64,000 bases of DNA from Candidatus Woesebacteria bacterium (GTDB taxonomy: Bacteria; Patescibacteriota; Microgenomatia; UBA12405): assembly GCA_035402805.1 (NCBI GenBank), contig DAONDY010000002.1:149963-213962 (forward strand). Reading direction: 5' to 3'. The position numbers and the translations under genes were made by a program. This document shows positions 39,957-48,972 of the stretch, piece after piece (position 1 is the first letter of the stretch; the number at the start of each line of letters is the position of its first letter). The notes beneath the pieces are model-generated. The model saw only the letters and a list, made by a program, of their open reading frames with translations. It had not been told where the DNA came from and made no database searches.

Positions 39957-40050
39957 CTACCCCTAACCCCTCCCTTAAAAAAGGAGGGGGAAATGTTTAT
40001 TTTTCTCCCTTTGTTAAGGGGAGATGTCACGAAGTGACAGAGAGGATTTT
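39957..40050 (+). repeat. Family B repeat unit, copy B3 (cccctcccttaaaaaaggagggg hairpin; tctccctttgttaaggggaga hairpin; gtcacgaagtgac hairpin; ...agagaggattttt)
   Basis: Seen in sequence. Overlaps the GTG-extended 5' end of the downstream ORF. Confidence 0.7.
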
Positions 40051-40066
40051 TAGTGTAGAATTGTTT

Positions 40067-41056
40067 ATGGACTATAAAATTGCATTTTTTGGAGTTAAAA
40101 GTTGGGAAAGAGAAATTATAGAAAAAAAGATTGCAGGGTTGGATGTTTTTGGGGTGGGGATTTTTGAGGGGGAAATTCAAGATAATTTAGAATTGGCGGC
40201 AAAATATGACATTATTTCGCCTTTTATTTATTCAAAAATGGATAAAGAGGTGTTGAATAAATTGCCGAATTTGAAAATGATTGCTACCAGATCGACGGGG
40301 ATGGATCATATAGATATTAGTGAGTGTGATAAGAGAAAAATAAAAGTAGTTAATGTACCGATTTATGGTTCAAACACAGTGGCGGAATATACTTTTGCTT
40401 TATTGTTGGCAATTGCTAAAAAAATAGTAGTGGCTCATCAATCAGTGGAGGATGGTGAATTCAATCCAGAGGGTTTAACTGGAGTGGATTTGTATGGAAA
40501 AACTTTAGGAGTAATAGGTTGTGGAAAAATAGGGCAAAACGTGATCAAGATTGCTAAAGGCTTTGGAATGAAGGTTTTAGGAGTTGATGGTAAACAAGAT
40601 CATCTTTTGGCTAAAAAAGTTGGTTTTAAATATGTAAGTTTAGAAGATTGTTTGCAGGAGTCGGATTTTATAACACTTCATGTGCCAGCTATACCAGAGA
40701 CATTTCATATGATTAATAAGAAAAATATTAAATTGATGAAAAAGGGAAGTTATCTGATTAATACTTCGCGGGGAGCGGTAATTGAAACTGAGGCAATTGT
40801 GTGGGCATTAAATAATAAAATTTTGACTGGGGCGGCTTTGGATGTAACCGAGGAAGAAAATCTTTTGGAAAGTATGAGTGTGGTGATGAGCAGAAAAATT
40901 ACTAAAGATGATTTACAGGAGGTTTTGAGTTTTCATATGCTTCGAGATCGGGATGATGTAATATTCACGCCGCATAATGCTTTTAATACTAAAGAAGCAA
41001 TTGAAAGAATTGTAGAAACGACGATTGAAAATATTAAGAACTTTTTAAAGAATTAA
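40067..41056 (+). CDS. D-isomer-specific 2-hydroxyacid dehydrogenase (D-lactate dehydrogenase-like)
   Basis: NAD-binding GVIGCGKIGQNV, catalytic R/E/H triad region (TSRGAVIETEA...FTPHNAF). ORF track frame from 40034, start moved to ATG 40067 (MDYKIAFFG). Confidence 0.75.
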   Translation: MDYKIAFFGVKSWEREIIEKKIAGLDVFGVGIFEGEIQDNLELAAKYDIISPFIYSKMDKEVLNKLPNLKMIATRSTGMDHIDISECDKRKIKVVNVPIYGSNTVAEYTFALLLAIAKKIVVAHQSVEDGEFNPEGLTGVDLYGKTLGVIGCGKIGQNVIKIAKGFGMKVLGVDGKQDHLLAKKVGFKYVSLEDCLQESDFITLHVPAIPETFHMINKKNIKLMKKGSYLINTSRGAVIETEAIVWALNNKILTGAALDVTEEENLLESMSVVMSRKITKDDLQEVLSFHMLRDRDDVIFTPHNAFNTKEAIERIVETTIENIKNFLKN

Positions 41057-41520
41057 TTTCTACTAAAATCATCATCAAGGCGAACGATATCGTCTTCAGT
41101 TGATGGGTTTGATGGATCTAGATGTTTCCAAATTTCGGCGATTATACCTGGTTTTTTAAAGCCACAAAGCCGATGATTTTCTTTATTTTTGAGGGTAATT
41201 GACTCTCCGGTATTTAAGATAAATTCCTGGCCGTTGGCAATAACTTTAACTGGTCCTTGAACTACGTACCATTCTTCGTCTCGTTTATTATGAATTTGAA
41301 GAGAAAGTTTTTTATCGGGTTCGACAATAAGGATTTTAGGACTGATAAATTGATTGTTAGATTGGAAATTAGGAAAGAAAAGCTTTAAAAAAGTGTCCAA
41401 ACAGTCAGCTGAAATATGCCAAAAAGCACCCCATGGCCTTTCTAAATCTTTAGAGGCAATGACCAGTTTATTATCAACTAACCATTTTTCTGTTTGTTCG
41501 ATTAGCTGGTTTTTTGTCAT
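41053..41520 (-). CDS. Stand-alone cupin corresponding to the mannose-6-phosphate isomerase (type II PMI) C-terminal domain of bifunctional ManC
   Basis: KLSLQIHNKRDEEWYVVQGPVKVIANGQEFILNTGESITL matches PMI cupin motifs. Confidence 0.65.
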   Translation of the reverse strand: MTKNQLIEQTEKWLVDNKLVIASKDLERPWGAFWHISADCLDTFLKLFFPNFQSNNQFISPKILIVEPDKKLSLQIHNKRDEEWYVVQGPVKVIANGQEFILNTGESITLKNKENHRLCGFKKPGIIAEIWKHLDPSNPSTEDDIVRLDDDFSRN

Positions 41521-41543
41521 GCTTATATTATATAATGATTTAT

Positions 41544-42599
41544 ATGAAACCAGTCATTATCTGCGGTGGTGTAGGTTCAAAAATGTGGCCAATGAGTCGC
41601 AGTACTATGCCAAAACATTTTTTACCGTTGATTAACGGTAAGTCTTTGTTTCAATTAAATTGGGAAGCCTTAAGAAGGAGATTTAGTCCAGAAGAAATTT
41701 TTTTACAGACTAATGAAGTTCAAGCTAAAATTGCCAAAAATTTAATTCCAGAAATTATTGAAGAAAATATTTTTATTGAACCAGAAATGAGAAATCAGGG
41801 TCCGGCAACTGGATTTGCGGCGGCTCAATTAATTAAAAGAGGCTTTGGAGACGAACCTTTTATATTGGTCCAAGCAGATGTTTTAAGAGAGCCAGATGAG
41901 GAATTTTTAAAAATGATTGGAGAAGTGGAAAAATTAGCTGGAGCTAACGATAAATATATTACTGGTGGTTTTGCTCCACAAACTATTGTTAGGGGGGTGG
42001 ATTATTTGGTTAAAGGAAATTTAATTAGTGAAGAAAATGGGGTCAAAATATTTGAAGTGGCTGATTATATAGATAGAACCGAGGAAGAAAAAATTAAGGA
42101 ATATTTGGGTGGTGATAAATTGCTTTTACATGCCAATCACACCACCATGACACCAAATAATTTATTAAAAATGTATCAAAAATATAAGCCGGAATGGTAT
42201 GAGCCATTGGTAGCTATTTCTACTAATGGTGATGTGGTGACTGAATATGGAAAAATGCCAAAAGCAGGAATTGAAGAAGTTACAAAATTGGTTTATAAAA
42301 GTGGAGAGGCTTTAGTGGTGGAATTACCTTTTAATTGGGTTGATTTTGGGACTTGGGAATCGGTGGCCAATTATATGAGAGAAAAGAGTATGTATAACCC
42401 AGAAGACGTTTTTGAAGTTGAAAGCCAAAATAATTTTGTTTATAGAAAAGACAAAAAATATGTGGCTTTAATTGGGGTAGAAAACTTGGTTGTGATAGAT
42501 ACGGCTGATGGTTTATTGATAACTAAAAAGGATCAAACAGGGAAAGTGGGGACGGTGGTTGATAAGTTAAAAGAAGAAAATAGAAGCGAATTGATTTAA
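41544..42599 (+). CDS. manC: Mannose-1-phosphate guanylyltransferase (nucleotidyltransferase domain of ManC, without fused cupin)
   Basis: PVIICGGVGSKMWPMSR...PKHFLPL N-terminal NTP-transferase signature. ORF track frame from 41514, start set to ATG 41544. Confidence 0.75.
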   Translation: MKPVIICGGVGSKMWPMSRSTMPKHFLPLINGKSLFQLNWEALRRRFSPEEIFLQTNEVQAKIAKNLIPEIIEENIFIEPEMRNQGPATGFAAAQLIKRGFGDEPFILVQADVLREPDEEFLKMIGEVEKLAGANDKYITGGFAPQTIVRGVDYLVKGNLISEENGVKIFEVADYIDRTEEEKIKEYLGGDKLLLHANHTTMTPNNLLKMYQKYKPEWYEPLVAISTNGDVVTEYGKMPKAGIEEVTKLVYKSGEALVVELPFNWVDFGTWESVANYMREKSMYNPEDVFEVESQNNFVYRKDKKYVALIGVENLVVIDTADGLLITKKDQTGKVGTVVDKLKEENRSELI

Positions 42600-42601
42600 A
42601 C

Positions 42602-42630
42602 TAAAAAACCCGCCAAATGGCGGGTTTTAA
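42602..42630. terminator. Bidirectional rho-independent terminator aaaaacccgccaaatggcgggtttt between manC and rplL
   Basis: Perfect 7-bp stem flanked by A-run and T-run. Confidence 0.8.
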
Positions 42631-42648
42631 AAAGTTAAAATAAAAGAA

Positions 42649-43059
42649 TTATTTTAATTCAACTTGAGCACCAGCAGCTTCTAATTTAGCTTTAGCATCA
42701 TTAGCAGCATCTTTTTTCATGGTACCTAAATCAGCTGGACAGGCATCGACCATATCTTTAGCTTCTTTTAAACCAAGTTCTGGTTTAAATTCTCGAACAG
42801 CTTTGATGACGGCAATTTTATTGGCGCCAGCAGAAGTGATGACGACATCAAATTCAGTCTTTTCTTCAGCAGCAGGAGCGGCAGCAGCACCACCAGCAAC
42901 GGCAGCACCAGCAGCAGCTACAGGAGCAGCAGCGACGGCCTTGACATCAAATTTTTCTTCAAGAGCCTTAACTAATTCGGAAAGCTCAAGAACTGAGAGT
43001 TCGGCTACAGAATCGAGTAATTTTTCGATTTTAGCACTTACTTTTTTATCTTCTGACAT
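42649..43059 (-). CDS. rplL: 50S ribosomal protein L7/L12
   Basis: N-terminal dimerisation helix, Ala-rich hinge, C-terminal KEAKDMVD...[12 protein letters not shown]. Confidence 0.92.
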   Translation of the reverse strand: MSEDKKVSAKIEKLLDSVAELSVLELSELVKALEEKFDVKAVAAAPVAAAGAAVAGGAAAAPAAEEKTEFDVVITSAGANKIAVIKAVREFKPELGLKEAKDMVDACPADLGTMKKDAANDAKAKLEAAGAQVELK

Positions 43060-43121
43060 AGATTTTTAATTTAATTAATAATTAATAGTTTATAAAGTTA
43101 AAAGTTTATCAAGTTTTAAAC

Positions 43122-43634
43122 TTATTTTTGTTTTTCAGAAATGGCTTTAAGAGTTAAAACCAATTGAGTTTGGTTAAAACGGAGAGCATAAGCCAATCTT
43201 TGGAGAGGATTTTTGAGTCCACCAATAAATTGAGCAATAAGAGTGCTTTTGGAAGGTAGAGTTAAAAAGGTTTTTAATTCATCTAGGGATAAAAGTTTTT
43301 TATCGTAGATACCATATTTGAAGGTAGTTTTTTCCTTAGCTTTATTAACTTTATCGATTTCTTTTAAAGGAGCAATTTCATCTTCGTTACAAAAAGTAAC
43401 AGCGGTGGGACCAGTTAAAACTTCTGGTAGGGTAATGCCTAATTTTTCTAAAGCTCTGGTTAAAAGAGAGTTTTTAACAACTTCGATTGAACCACCAGTA
43501 TTTTTAACATTGGCACGAAGATCAGTAGTGTCAGCGGCATTTAGACCTTGATATTGAATTAAGGCAACTGATTTAGCGGCACTAATTTTTTTAGCGACGT
43601 CTTCGACTTGATTGATTTTTAGTTGAGTAGTCAT
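43122..43634 (-). CDS. rplJ: 50S ribosomal protein L10
   Basis: L10 fold sequence. Position immediately upstream of rplL. Confidence 0.88.
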   Translation of the reverse strand: MTTQLKINQVEDVAKKISAAKSVALIQYQGLNAADTTDLRANVKNTGGSIEVVKNSLLTRALEKLGITLPEVLTGPTAVTFCNEDEIAPLKEIDKVNKAKEKTTFKYGIYDKKLLSLDELKTFLTLPSKSTLIAQFIGGLKNPLQRLAYALRFNQTQLVLTLKAISEKQK

Positions 43635-43836
43635 ATTTTTTTATAAAAAAACCTCGCCGAAGTGCGAGGGTAATGTAAAACAAGATAAATTGTTTTGCCT
43701 CGGCGGGATTTATTTTTGTACCTGCTGTCTTCGGTTGATGGGTTTATTGTACTAAGAAATAGTTTAAATGTAAAGAATTAAAAAAAGAAGGTCTGGGGAA
43801 GCAATGGTTTAAATTGTTTCCCGAGACCTCGGATGT
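43635..43836 (-). promoter_or_regulatory. rplJ leader region containing GC hairpin cctcgc-acttcg-gcgagg followed by U-run 9 nt before the start codon (possible L10-responsive attenuator, or terminator of upstream gene)
   Basis: Hairpin at 43651-43670 plus second GC segment gcctcggcggg at ~43697. Interpretation by analogy with rplJ leader autoregulation. Confidence 0.35.
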
Positions 43837-44250
43837 TTATAACGAAGATTGTTCTTTTTGTGGATTTGATAATCGACTTATTTTTGATTTGAGAGCGGCA
43901 ATAATTTCTGGAGGGAGATTTCTAGGTGATTGAAGAATTAATTCTAACAAAACAAGATTACGACATCTGTTGAGGATAAAATCTTTTATGTCGGGAATTC
44001 TATTATTTAGGGCAGAAATAGGTTTGGGTAGATAAATTCTGAAAGCACAGATCCAGTCTGGGATATTGAAGGTGTCGATGGGTCGATGAGAAATTTCGTG
44101 GCAGAGTTTTTCTTTCCTTCTTTTTAACAAATGGTTAAAACTTAATTCTCCCACAATGTTAGCGATGGTCATTTTTTCTGGATCTGGTTTTTCTCTCATA
44201 AATAATACCTCTCTTCGTATTTTTGGAGTTTTGGACAGACCTAAGGACAA
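43837..44250 (-). CDS. Hypothetical protein (137 aa)
   Basis: ORF track only. Confidence 0.35.
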   Translation of the reverse strand: MSLGLSKTPKIRREVLFMREKPDPEKMTIANIVGELSFNHLLKRRKEKLCHEISHRPIDTFNIPDWICAFRIYLPKPISALNNRIPDIKDFILNRCRNLVLLELILQSPRNLPPEIIAALKSKISRLSNPQKEQSSL

Positions 44251-44415
44251 TCTAGGGTATAAAGGTGCAAATAACTGGAAGCGCAGGGTTGCTTGGTTAT
44301 TTTTAGTAACTTTCGGAAGTATAATCTGGTTTAATTTTTTTTCAACTGTTTGTTTATAAAAGAGTAATTTTAAGATATACTACCCTATAGATAAAAATTA
44401 TAATTTTTCTAATTT

Positions 44416-44991
44416 ATGAAAATATACTTTATCGCATCTTCTCGATTAGTTGGAGCTAATCCAAAACTATATACAAAAATATATAATTATCTGTCCAAGG
44501 GTTATAAAATGGTTAGTGATAAGGTGATAAAATGGGTAAAAATGGGAATTAAAGATGTGAGTAACTCGCCGATTAAATTTACTAAAGAAAATTATATTCA
44601 GTCGTTGGAAGCAGTTAAAAAAGCAGATGTTGTAGTGATGGAAGTGACTGGTCATAGTATGTCGATGGGTTATTTGATTAGTAAAGCTTTGGAAATGAAT
44701 AAACCAGTGGTGGCTTTGCATAAAAAAGAATATATTCCGGTGTTTATTAAAGGAATTGGTGATCAAAAATTGATAATTTCGGAATATGGAGAAAATGATG
44801 TGGAAGAAGTAATTGAAAAGGCTTTAAAAAAGGCTAATAGTTTGATTGATGTTAGATTTAATTTTTTTGTGAGTCCAAAAATTTTGAATTATTTAGATTG
44901 GGTGGCTTCAAAAAAAATGTTGCCCCGATCAGTATTTTTGAGAAATTTGATCGATCGTGAGATGAAAAAGGATAAGGAATTTAAGAATTAA
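44416..44991 (+). CDS. Hypothetical two-domain protein: N-terminal nucleoside 2-deoxyribosyltransferase-like Rossmann domain, C-terminal ribbon-helix-helix-like segment
   Basis: ADVVVMEVTGHSMSMGYLISKALEMNKPVVAL resembles NDT-family core. C-terminal LPRSVFLRNLIDREMKK resembles RHH. 11-nt convergent overlap with murF-like gene. Confidence 0.4.
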   Translation: MKIYFIASSRLVGANPKLYTKIYNYLSKGYKMVSDKVIKWVKMGIKDVSNSPIKFTKENYIQSLEAVKKADVVVMEVTGHSMSMGYLISKALEMNKPVVALHKKEYIPVFIKGIGDQKLIISEYGENDVEEVIEKALKKANSLIDVRFNFFVSPKILNYLDWVASKKMLPRSVFLRNLIDREMKKDKEFKN

Positions 44992-46186
44992 TTTTTTGTC
45001 TAAATTTATTTTTAGTTTTTAGCCAATAGGGAGATTGACGGCAAATTTTTTTAGAATCAGATGGATTTTTAAGAATCGATTTGACTAATTCTTCAAGAAA
45101 AATGGTGTTTTGTGAACCTTTTACTAAAATAGTTTCTCCACCAGTAATTTTTTCTTTTAAAAATTCAGCCGCAGTCCACCAGTTATCGAATTTTTGAGAT
45201 TTATCACCAAAATATTTAGTAGTTTCTGAGCCAACACTAATAATTAGATCGGCTGATTTTAAAGCTTGTTGATATATTTTTTGATGTTCTTCTGAAGTGG
45301 TGTGGCCGATTTCTCTCATGTCGCCTAAAACAGCAATTTTTTTGCTTTTGAAATTGGATAAAAATTTAAGTAATTCGGAACAGGCAATAGGGGAGGAATT
45401 GTAAGAACTATCAATAATAGTTGTGTTTTTAATTCCTTCTAGAATAGAAGAACGTGATGGCGGTAAAGAAAAATTTTCTTGAATATTTTTAATAGCATCA
45501 CTAGCTTTGATATTAAAAACTTGAGCCAAGCTAAGGGCAGCTCCAAAGCTAATCTGATAAACGTCGGGAAGATAAAAATTAGTGAATTTAATTTTAGTTG
45601 GAGTAACGTTAATTATATTTTTATTTTTGGTATATTTTTGGACTAATTTATCTTGATTATTAATAATGGCAATTTTGGCCTGGTTAACTAATTTTGCTTT
45701 TTCTTGAGCAATTTGTTTGAGTGAATCAAAATTATTTAGATGAACTGAGCTAACATTGAGAAAGATACCAATATTTGGCTTGACTATTGATAATAAATAT
45801 TCCATATTTTTTGGCCAAGAAGCAGAATCAATACCCATTTCTAAAATTAAAACATCATAGGATTGCCAATTAGTAAGATATCTTATGGGTGAAAGAACGA
45901 TTATTGATAACCAATCAAAAAAATTATAATTATTAGGTTTGAGATTAAGTATGCTTAAGGGTAGTCCAGATTCAGAGTTGCAATTATTGTTAGTTTTTAT
46001 TTTATATCTTTTAGGAAAGATTGATTTACAGGCGATAAGAGTGGAACTTTTTCCAGCAGAGCCAGTAATACCAATAATATCTAATTGTTTCTTTTTGATT
46101 TTTTGAATAAATCTAACTTTAGAAAGTTGAAGTTTTGCAAAAAACTTGATGTAATTTAAAACCAGGAGTGAGATGTTTTTTTTCAT
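44981..46186 (-). CDS. murF: Mur ligase family protein, probably UDP-MurNAc-tripeptide D-Ala-D-Ala ligase (short 401 aa)
   Basis: P-loop GITGSAGKSST, Mur ligase middle and C-terminal domains. Adjacent to alr and ddl. Confidence 0.65.
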   Translation of the reverse strand: MKKNISLLVLNYIKFFAKLQLSKVRFIQKIKKKQLDIIGITGSAGKSSTLIACKSIFPKRYKIKTNNNCNSESGLPLSILNLKPNNYNFFDWLSIIVLSPIRYLTNWQSYDVLILEMGIDSASWPKNMEYLLSIVKPNIGIFLNVSSVHLNNFDSLKQIAQEKAKLVNQAKIAIINNQDKLVQKYTKNKNIINVTPTKIKFTNFYLPDVYQISFGAALSLAQVFNIKASDAIKNIQENFSLPPSRSSILEGIKNTTIIDSSYNSSPIACSELLKFLSNFKSKKIAVLGDMREIGHTTSEEHQKIYQQALKSADLIISVGSETTKYFGDKSQKFDNWWTAAEFLKEKITGGETILVKGSQNTIFLEELVKSILKNPSDSKKICRQSPYWLKTKNKFRQKINS

Positions 46187-47346
46187 ATAATTTTTCTTTT
46201 AATTGATGAGTGTAGTGAGCAAATAAGAACATGAATGGGAATACCTAAAGTGGCACATAATTTGTAAGCTGAACAGGGGTCTTTGATATTAGGTGAAATA
46301 ATAGTAACTTTGTCACCAATTTTAGCATCAATAGTTCTAGGGATTTTAACTATAGTCATATTCATATTAATATTCCCGACAATAGGGCATTTGGTATCTT
46401 GAATTAAAAAAGAAGCATTATTGCTTAGTCTATAAGGAATGCCTTCGTAATAACCGGCAGTAATAATGCCAATAAGTTCATCTTGCTTGGCAATATAACT
46501 ACCACCATAACTGACTTGAGAACCAGATTTGATTTGTTTGATTAAGGCTAAACGAGAAGTGAAATTTAAGGCTGGTTTTAAAAATAATTTTTGAGTGCGA
46601 GCTTCGGTGGTGTGATTTCCAAAAGGGGAATAGCCGTAAAAACCAAGACCAAGACGAACAAGATTGAAATAAGAATCATGAGTAATAGAAGCACCGGCAG
46701 TGGCAGATATATGTTTGTATTTAAATTTAAAACCAGACTTTTCAAAAAGAGAAACCATTTCTTTAAATAATTTAATTTGACGGTTAGTAAAGCTTATTTT
46801 TTGGGGATCACTGGCTTGAGAAAGATGAGAATAAATGCCTTCGACTTTGAGATGGGGATATTTTTTGAGAGTGGTAATAAATTGGGGAATATCTTTCTTT
46901 TGAAGACCAAGGCGACACATGCCAGTGTCCAATTTGATATGGACTTTGGCGTTAGATTGATGTTTATTTAAAGCTTCAAGAGATTCGATATCGTAAACGG
47001 TGAAGGTAAAAGGCAGTTTTTTCCAGACTTGATAGTTTTTGGGATCGGTATAACCCATGATCATAATAGGAGTTTTGATGTCCTGTTTGTAAAGTTCATA
47101 AGCCTCGTAAAGAGAATCAACCATAATATAAGGAATGTTTTTAAAATGTTTGTCAATGATTTGAGCTACTTGAGATAAGCCATGTCCATAGGCATTAGAT
47201 TTTAAAACGGGGCAGATATAGCAATTAGGATTGATTTTTTGGAAGTAATTATAATTATTAATTAGAGCAGAAGAATCGATAGTTATTTCATTTAAAGTTT
47301 GGTATTCAGACATGACTAATGATAACATATTGACTTTGTAAGTCAA
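46183..47346 (-). CDS. alr: Alanine racemase
   Basis: PLP-lysine motif VLKSNAYGHG, C-terminal beta domain. 4-nt overlap with murF start. Confidence 0.85.
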   Translation of the reverse strand: MTYKVNMLSLVMSEYQTLNEITIDSSALINNYNYFQKINPNCYICPVLKSNAYGHGLSQVAQIIDKHFKNIPYIMVDSLYEAYELYKQDIKTPIMIMGYTDPKNYQVWKKLPFTFTVYDIESLEALNKHQSNAKVHIKLDTGMCRLGLQKKDIPQFITTLKKYPHLKVEGIYSHLSQASDPQKISFTNRQIKLFKEMVSLFEKSGFKFKYKHISATAGASITHDSYFNLVRLGLGFYGYSPFGNHTTEARTQKLFLKPALNFTSRLALIKQIKSGSQVSYGGSYIAKQDELIGIITAGYYEGIPYRLSNNASFLIQDTKCPIVGNINMNMTIVKIPRTIDAKIGDKVTIISPNIKDPCSAYKLCATLGIPIHVLICSLHSSIKRKII

Positions 47347-47403
47347 TAATTAGGTATAATATTTGTGTTTGCAATTAAAAATAATTACTGCTATAATAGC
47401 GTT

Positions 47404-48324
47404 ATGAAAAAAATAAAGGTTTTACTTTTAATGGGTGGGGGAGGAACTGAACATGAAGTGTCGTTGTCTTCTGGAAGAGAAGTTTTTAAAAATATCGACT
47501 TGAATAAATATGAAGTAAAAACTTTGGTGGTGGAAAATAAACAAATAAATATTGAAGAAATTAAAAAAAATGATCCAGATGTAGTCTTTATTGTGATTCA
47601 TGGAAGTATTGGAGAAGATGGAACAATTCAAAAAATTTTGGAGGAAAATAAAATTAGATTTACTGGTTGCGGAAGCGAAGCTTCAGCCTTAGGAATGGAT
47701 AAAAGCAGATTTAAAGAATTAATGAAAAAAAGTGGATTACCAATTCCTGTGGGAATAGAAATAGTCAAAAATAAAAATATTGATTTGGAAGAAATAAAAA
47801 AAATAGCCAAGAAATTGGTAATTAAACCAGTAAGTCAGGGTTCGAGCGTAGGAATAAGTATAATTGATGATTTTAAAAAAATAAGTGAAGCAGTAAAAAT
47901 GGCTTTTAAATATGACGATAGAATTTTAATAGAAGAATTTATTGATGGAATAGAAGTTTCGTGTGGTGTTTTAGGTAACGAAACCCCCACATCTTTACCG
48001 GTGGTTGAGATTTGTCCAAAAAATATTTTTTTTGATTATGAAGCTAAATATACTGATGGAAAATGTGAAGAAATTGTTCCAGCTAGATTATCTAATGAAA
48101 TAACTAAAAAAATTCAAGAATATTCAATAAAGGTTTTTAAATTAATTAATGGCAGAGGTTTTGCTAGGGTTGATTTTATTATAAGAAATAACGAACCAGT
48201 AATTTTAGAGATAAACACAATTCCAGGGTTAACTCCAAATTCACTTTTACCAAAAGAGGCAAGAGCAGCTGGAATAAGTTATCCAGAATTGTTGGACAAG
48301 ATGATTGGACTGGCATTGAAATAA
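47404..48324 (+). CDS. ddl: D-alanine--D-alanine ligase
   Basis: KVLLLMGGGGTEHEVSLSSG N-terminus, ATP-grasp motifs. Start set to ATG 47404 within ORF-track frame 47365-48324. Confidence 0.85.
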   Translation: MKKIKVLLLMGGGGTEHEVSLSSGREVFKNIDLNKYEVKTLVVENKQINIEEIKKNDPDVVFIVIHGSIGEDGTIQKILEENKIRFTGCGSEASALGMDKSRFKELMKKSGLPIPVGIEIVKNKNIDLEEIKKIAKKLVIKPVSQGSSVGISIIDDFKKISEAVKMAFKYDDRILIEEFIDGIEVSCGVLGNETPTSLPVVEICPKNIFFDYEAKYTDGKCEEIVPARLSNEITKKIQEYSIKVFKLINGRGFARVDFIIRNNEPVILEINTIPGLTPNSLLPKEARAAGISYPELLDKMIGLALK

Positions 48325-48514
48325 TAGGAATCTTTTTTAGGCTGATTTTTGAATAATTGCTATATTTTATTATTATTGATACAATCACTCGCAATATTTT
48401 TTAATATTGTTTTATATATTAGTATATAAAAATGCTGGCAATTAATTTGCGCTAGCAGGGATTTGTACTTTTATAATTTGTTTGTGATGATAAGTCAAGA
48501 AAGGGTGGTTTGAA

Positions 48515-48928
48515 ATGGCAAATTTTAGTAAAAGTGATATTGAAAGGATAATCCAAGAGGCAAATACGGTTGAGAAAGTAAAACAACTTTGCAGAAAATA
48601 TAGTATTTCCAGTGAGGTTGGAAAAGCAGCACTGAAGAGATGGGAAGAACTTTCTTTAGAAGCGGTGGAAGAAGCAACCACACCTGAGGAAGCAAGGATA
48701 GCTTGTCGTAATTCTCCTTATGGTAGTGAGGCTGAAAAAAAAGGAAAGAAAAAATGGGAAAAACTTTCCTTAAAAGAGGTGAGAAAAGCAAATACGCTTG
48801 AGAAGGTAGAGAAAGCTTGTCATAGTTGTCCCTATCTCAGCGAGGCTGAAAAAAAAGGACTGAAAAAATTGGAAAAATTTTACTTGAAAGAGACAAAAAA
48901 GCAACTACGGTTAAAAAAGCGGCATTAG
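48515..48928 (+). CDS. Hypothetical protein built of three ~38-aa tandem repeats (…C..SPY.SEAEKKG.KK.EKL.LKE…), Lys/Glu-rich
   Basis: ORF track. Repeats visible in translation and in DNA (gaggctgaaaaaaaagga x2). Confidence 0.45.
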   Translation: MANFSKSDIERIIQEANTVEKVKQLCRKYSISSEVGKAALKRWEELSLEAVEEATTPEEARIACRNSPYGSEAEKKGKKKWEKLSLKEVRKANTLEKVEKACHSCPYLSEAEKKGLKKLEKFYLKETKKQLRLKKRH

Positions 48929-48972
48929 TCAAGATTCTATCCCTAATAGATTAAATAATCACAAAACAAACA

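Noticed and set aside
40034-40066. GTG-initiated 5' extension of the 2-hydroxyacid dehydrogenase ORF
   Set aside because: Extension is translated from repeat B3 hairpins. ATG 40067 is the more plausible start.
42719-43069. 116-aa Ala-rich ORF on plus strand
   Set aside because: Antisense to rplL (L7/L12). Ala-rich product is the mirror of the GCN-rich hinge codons. Artefact.
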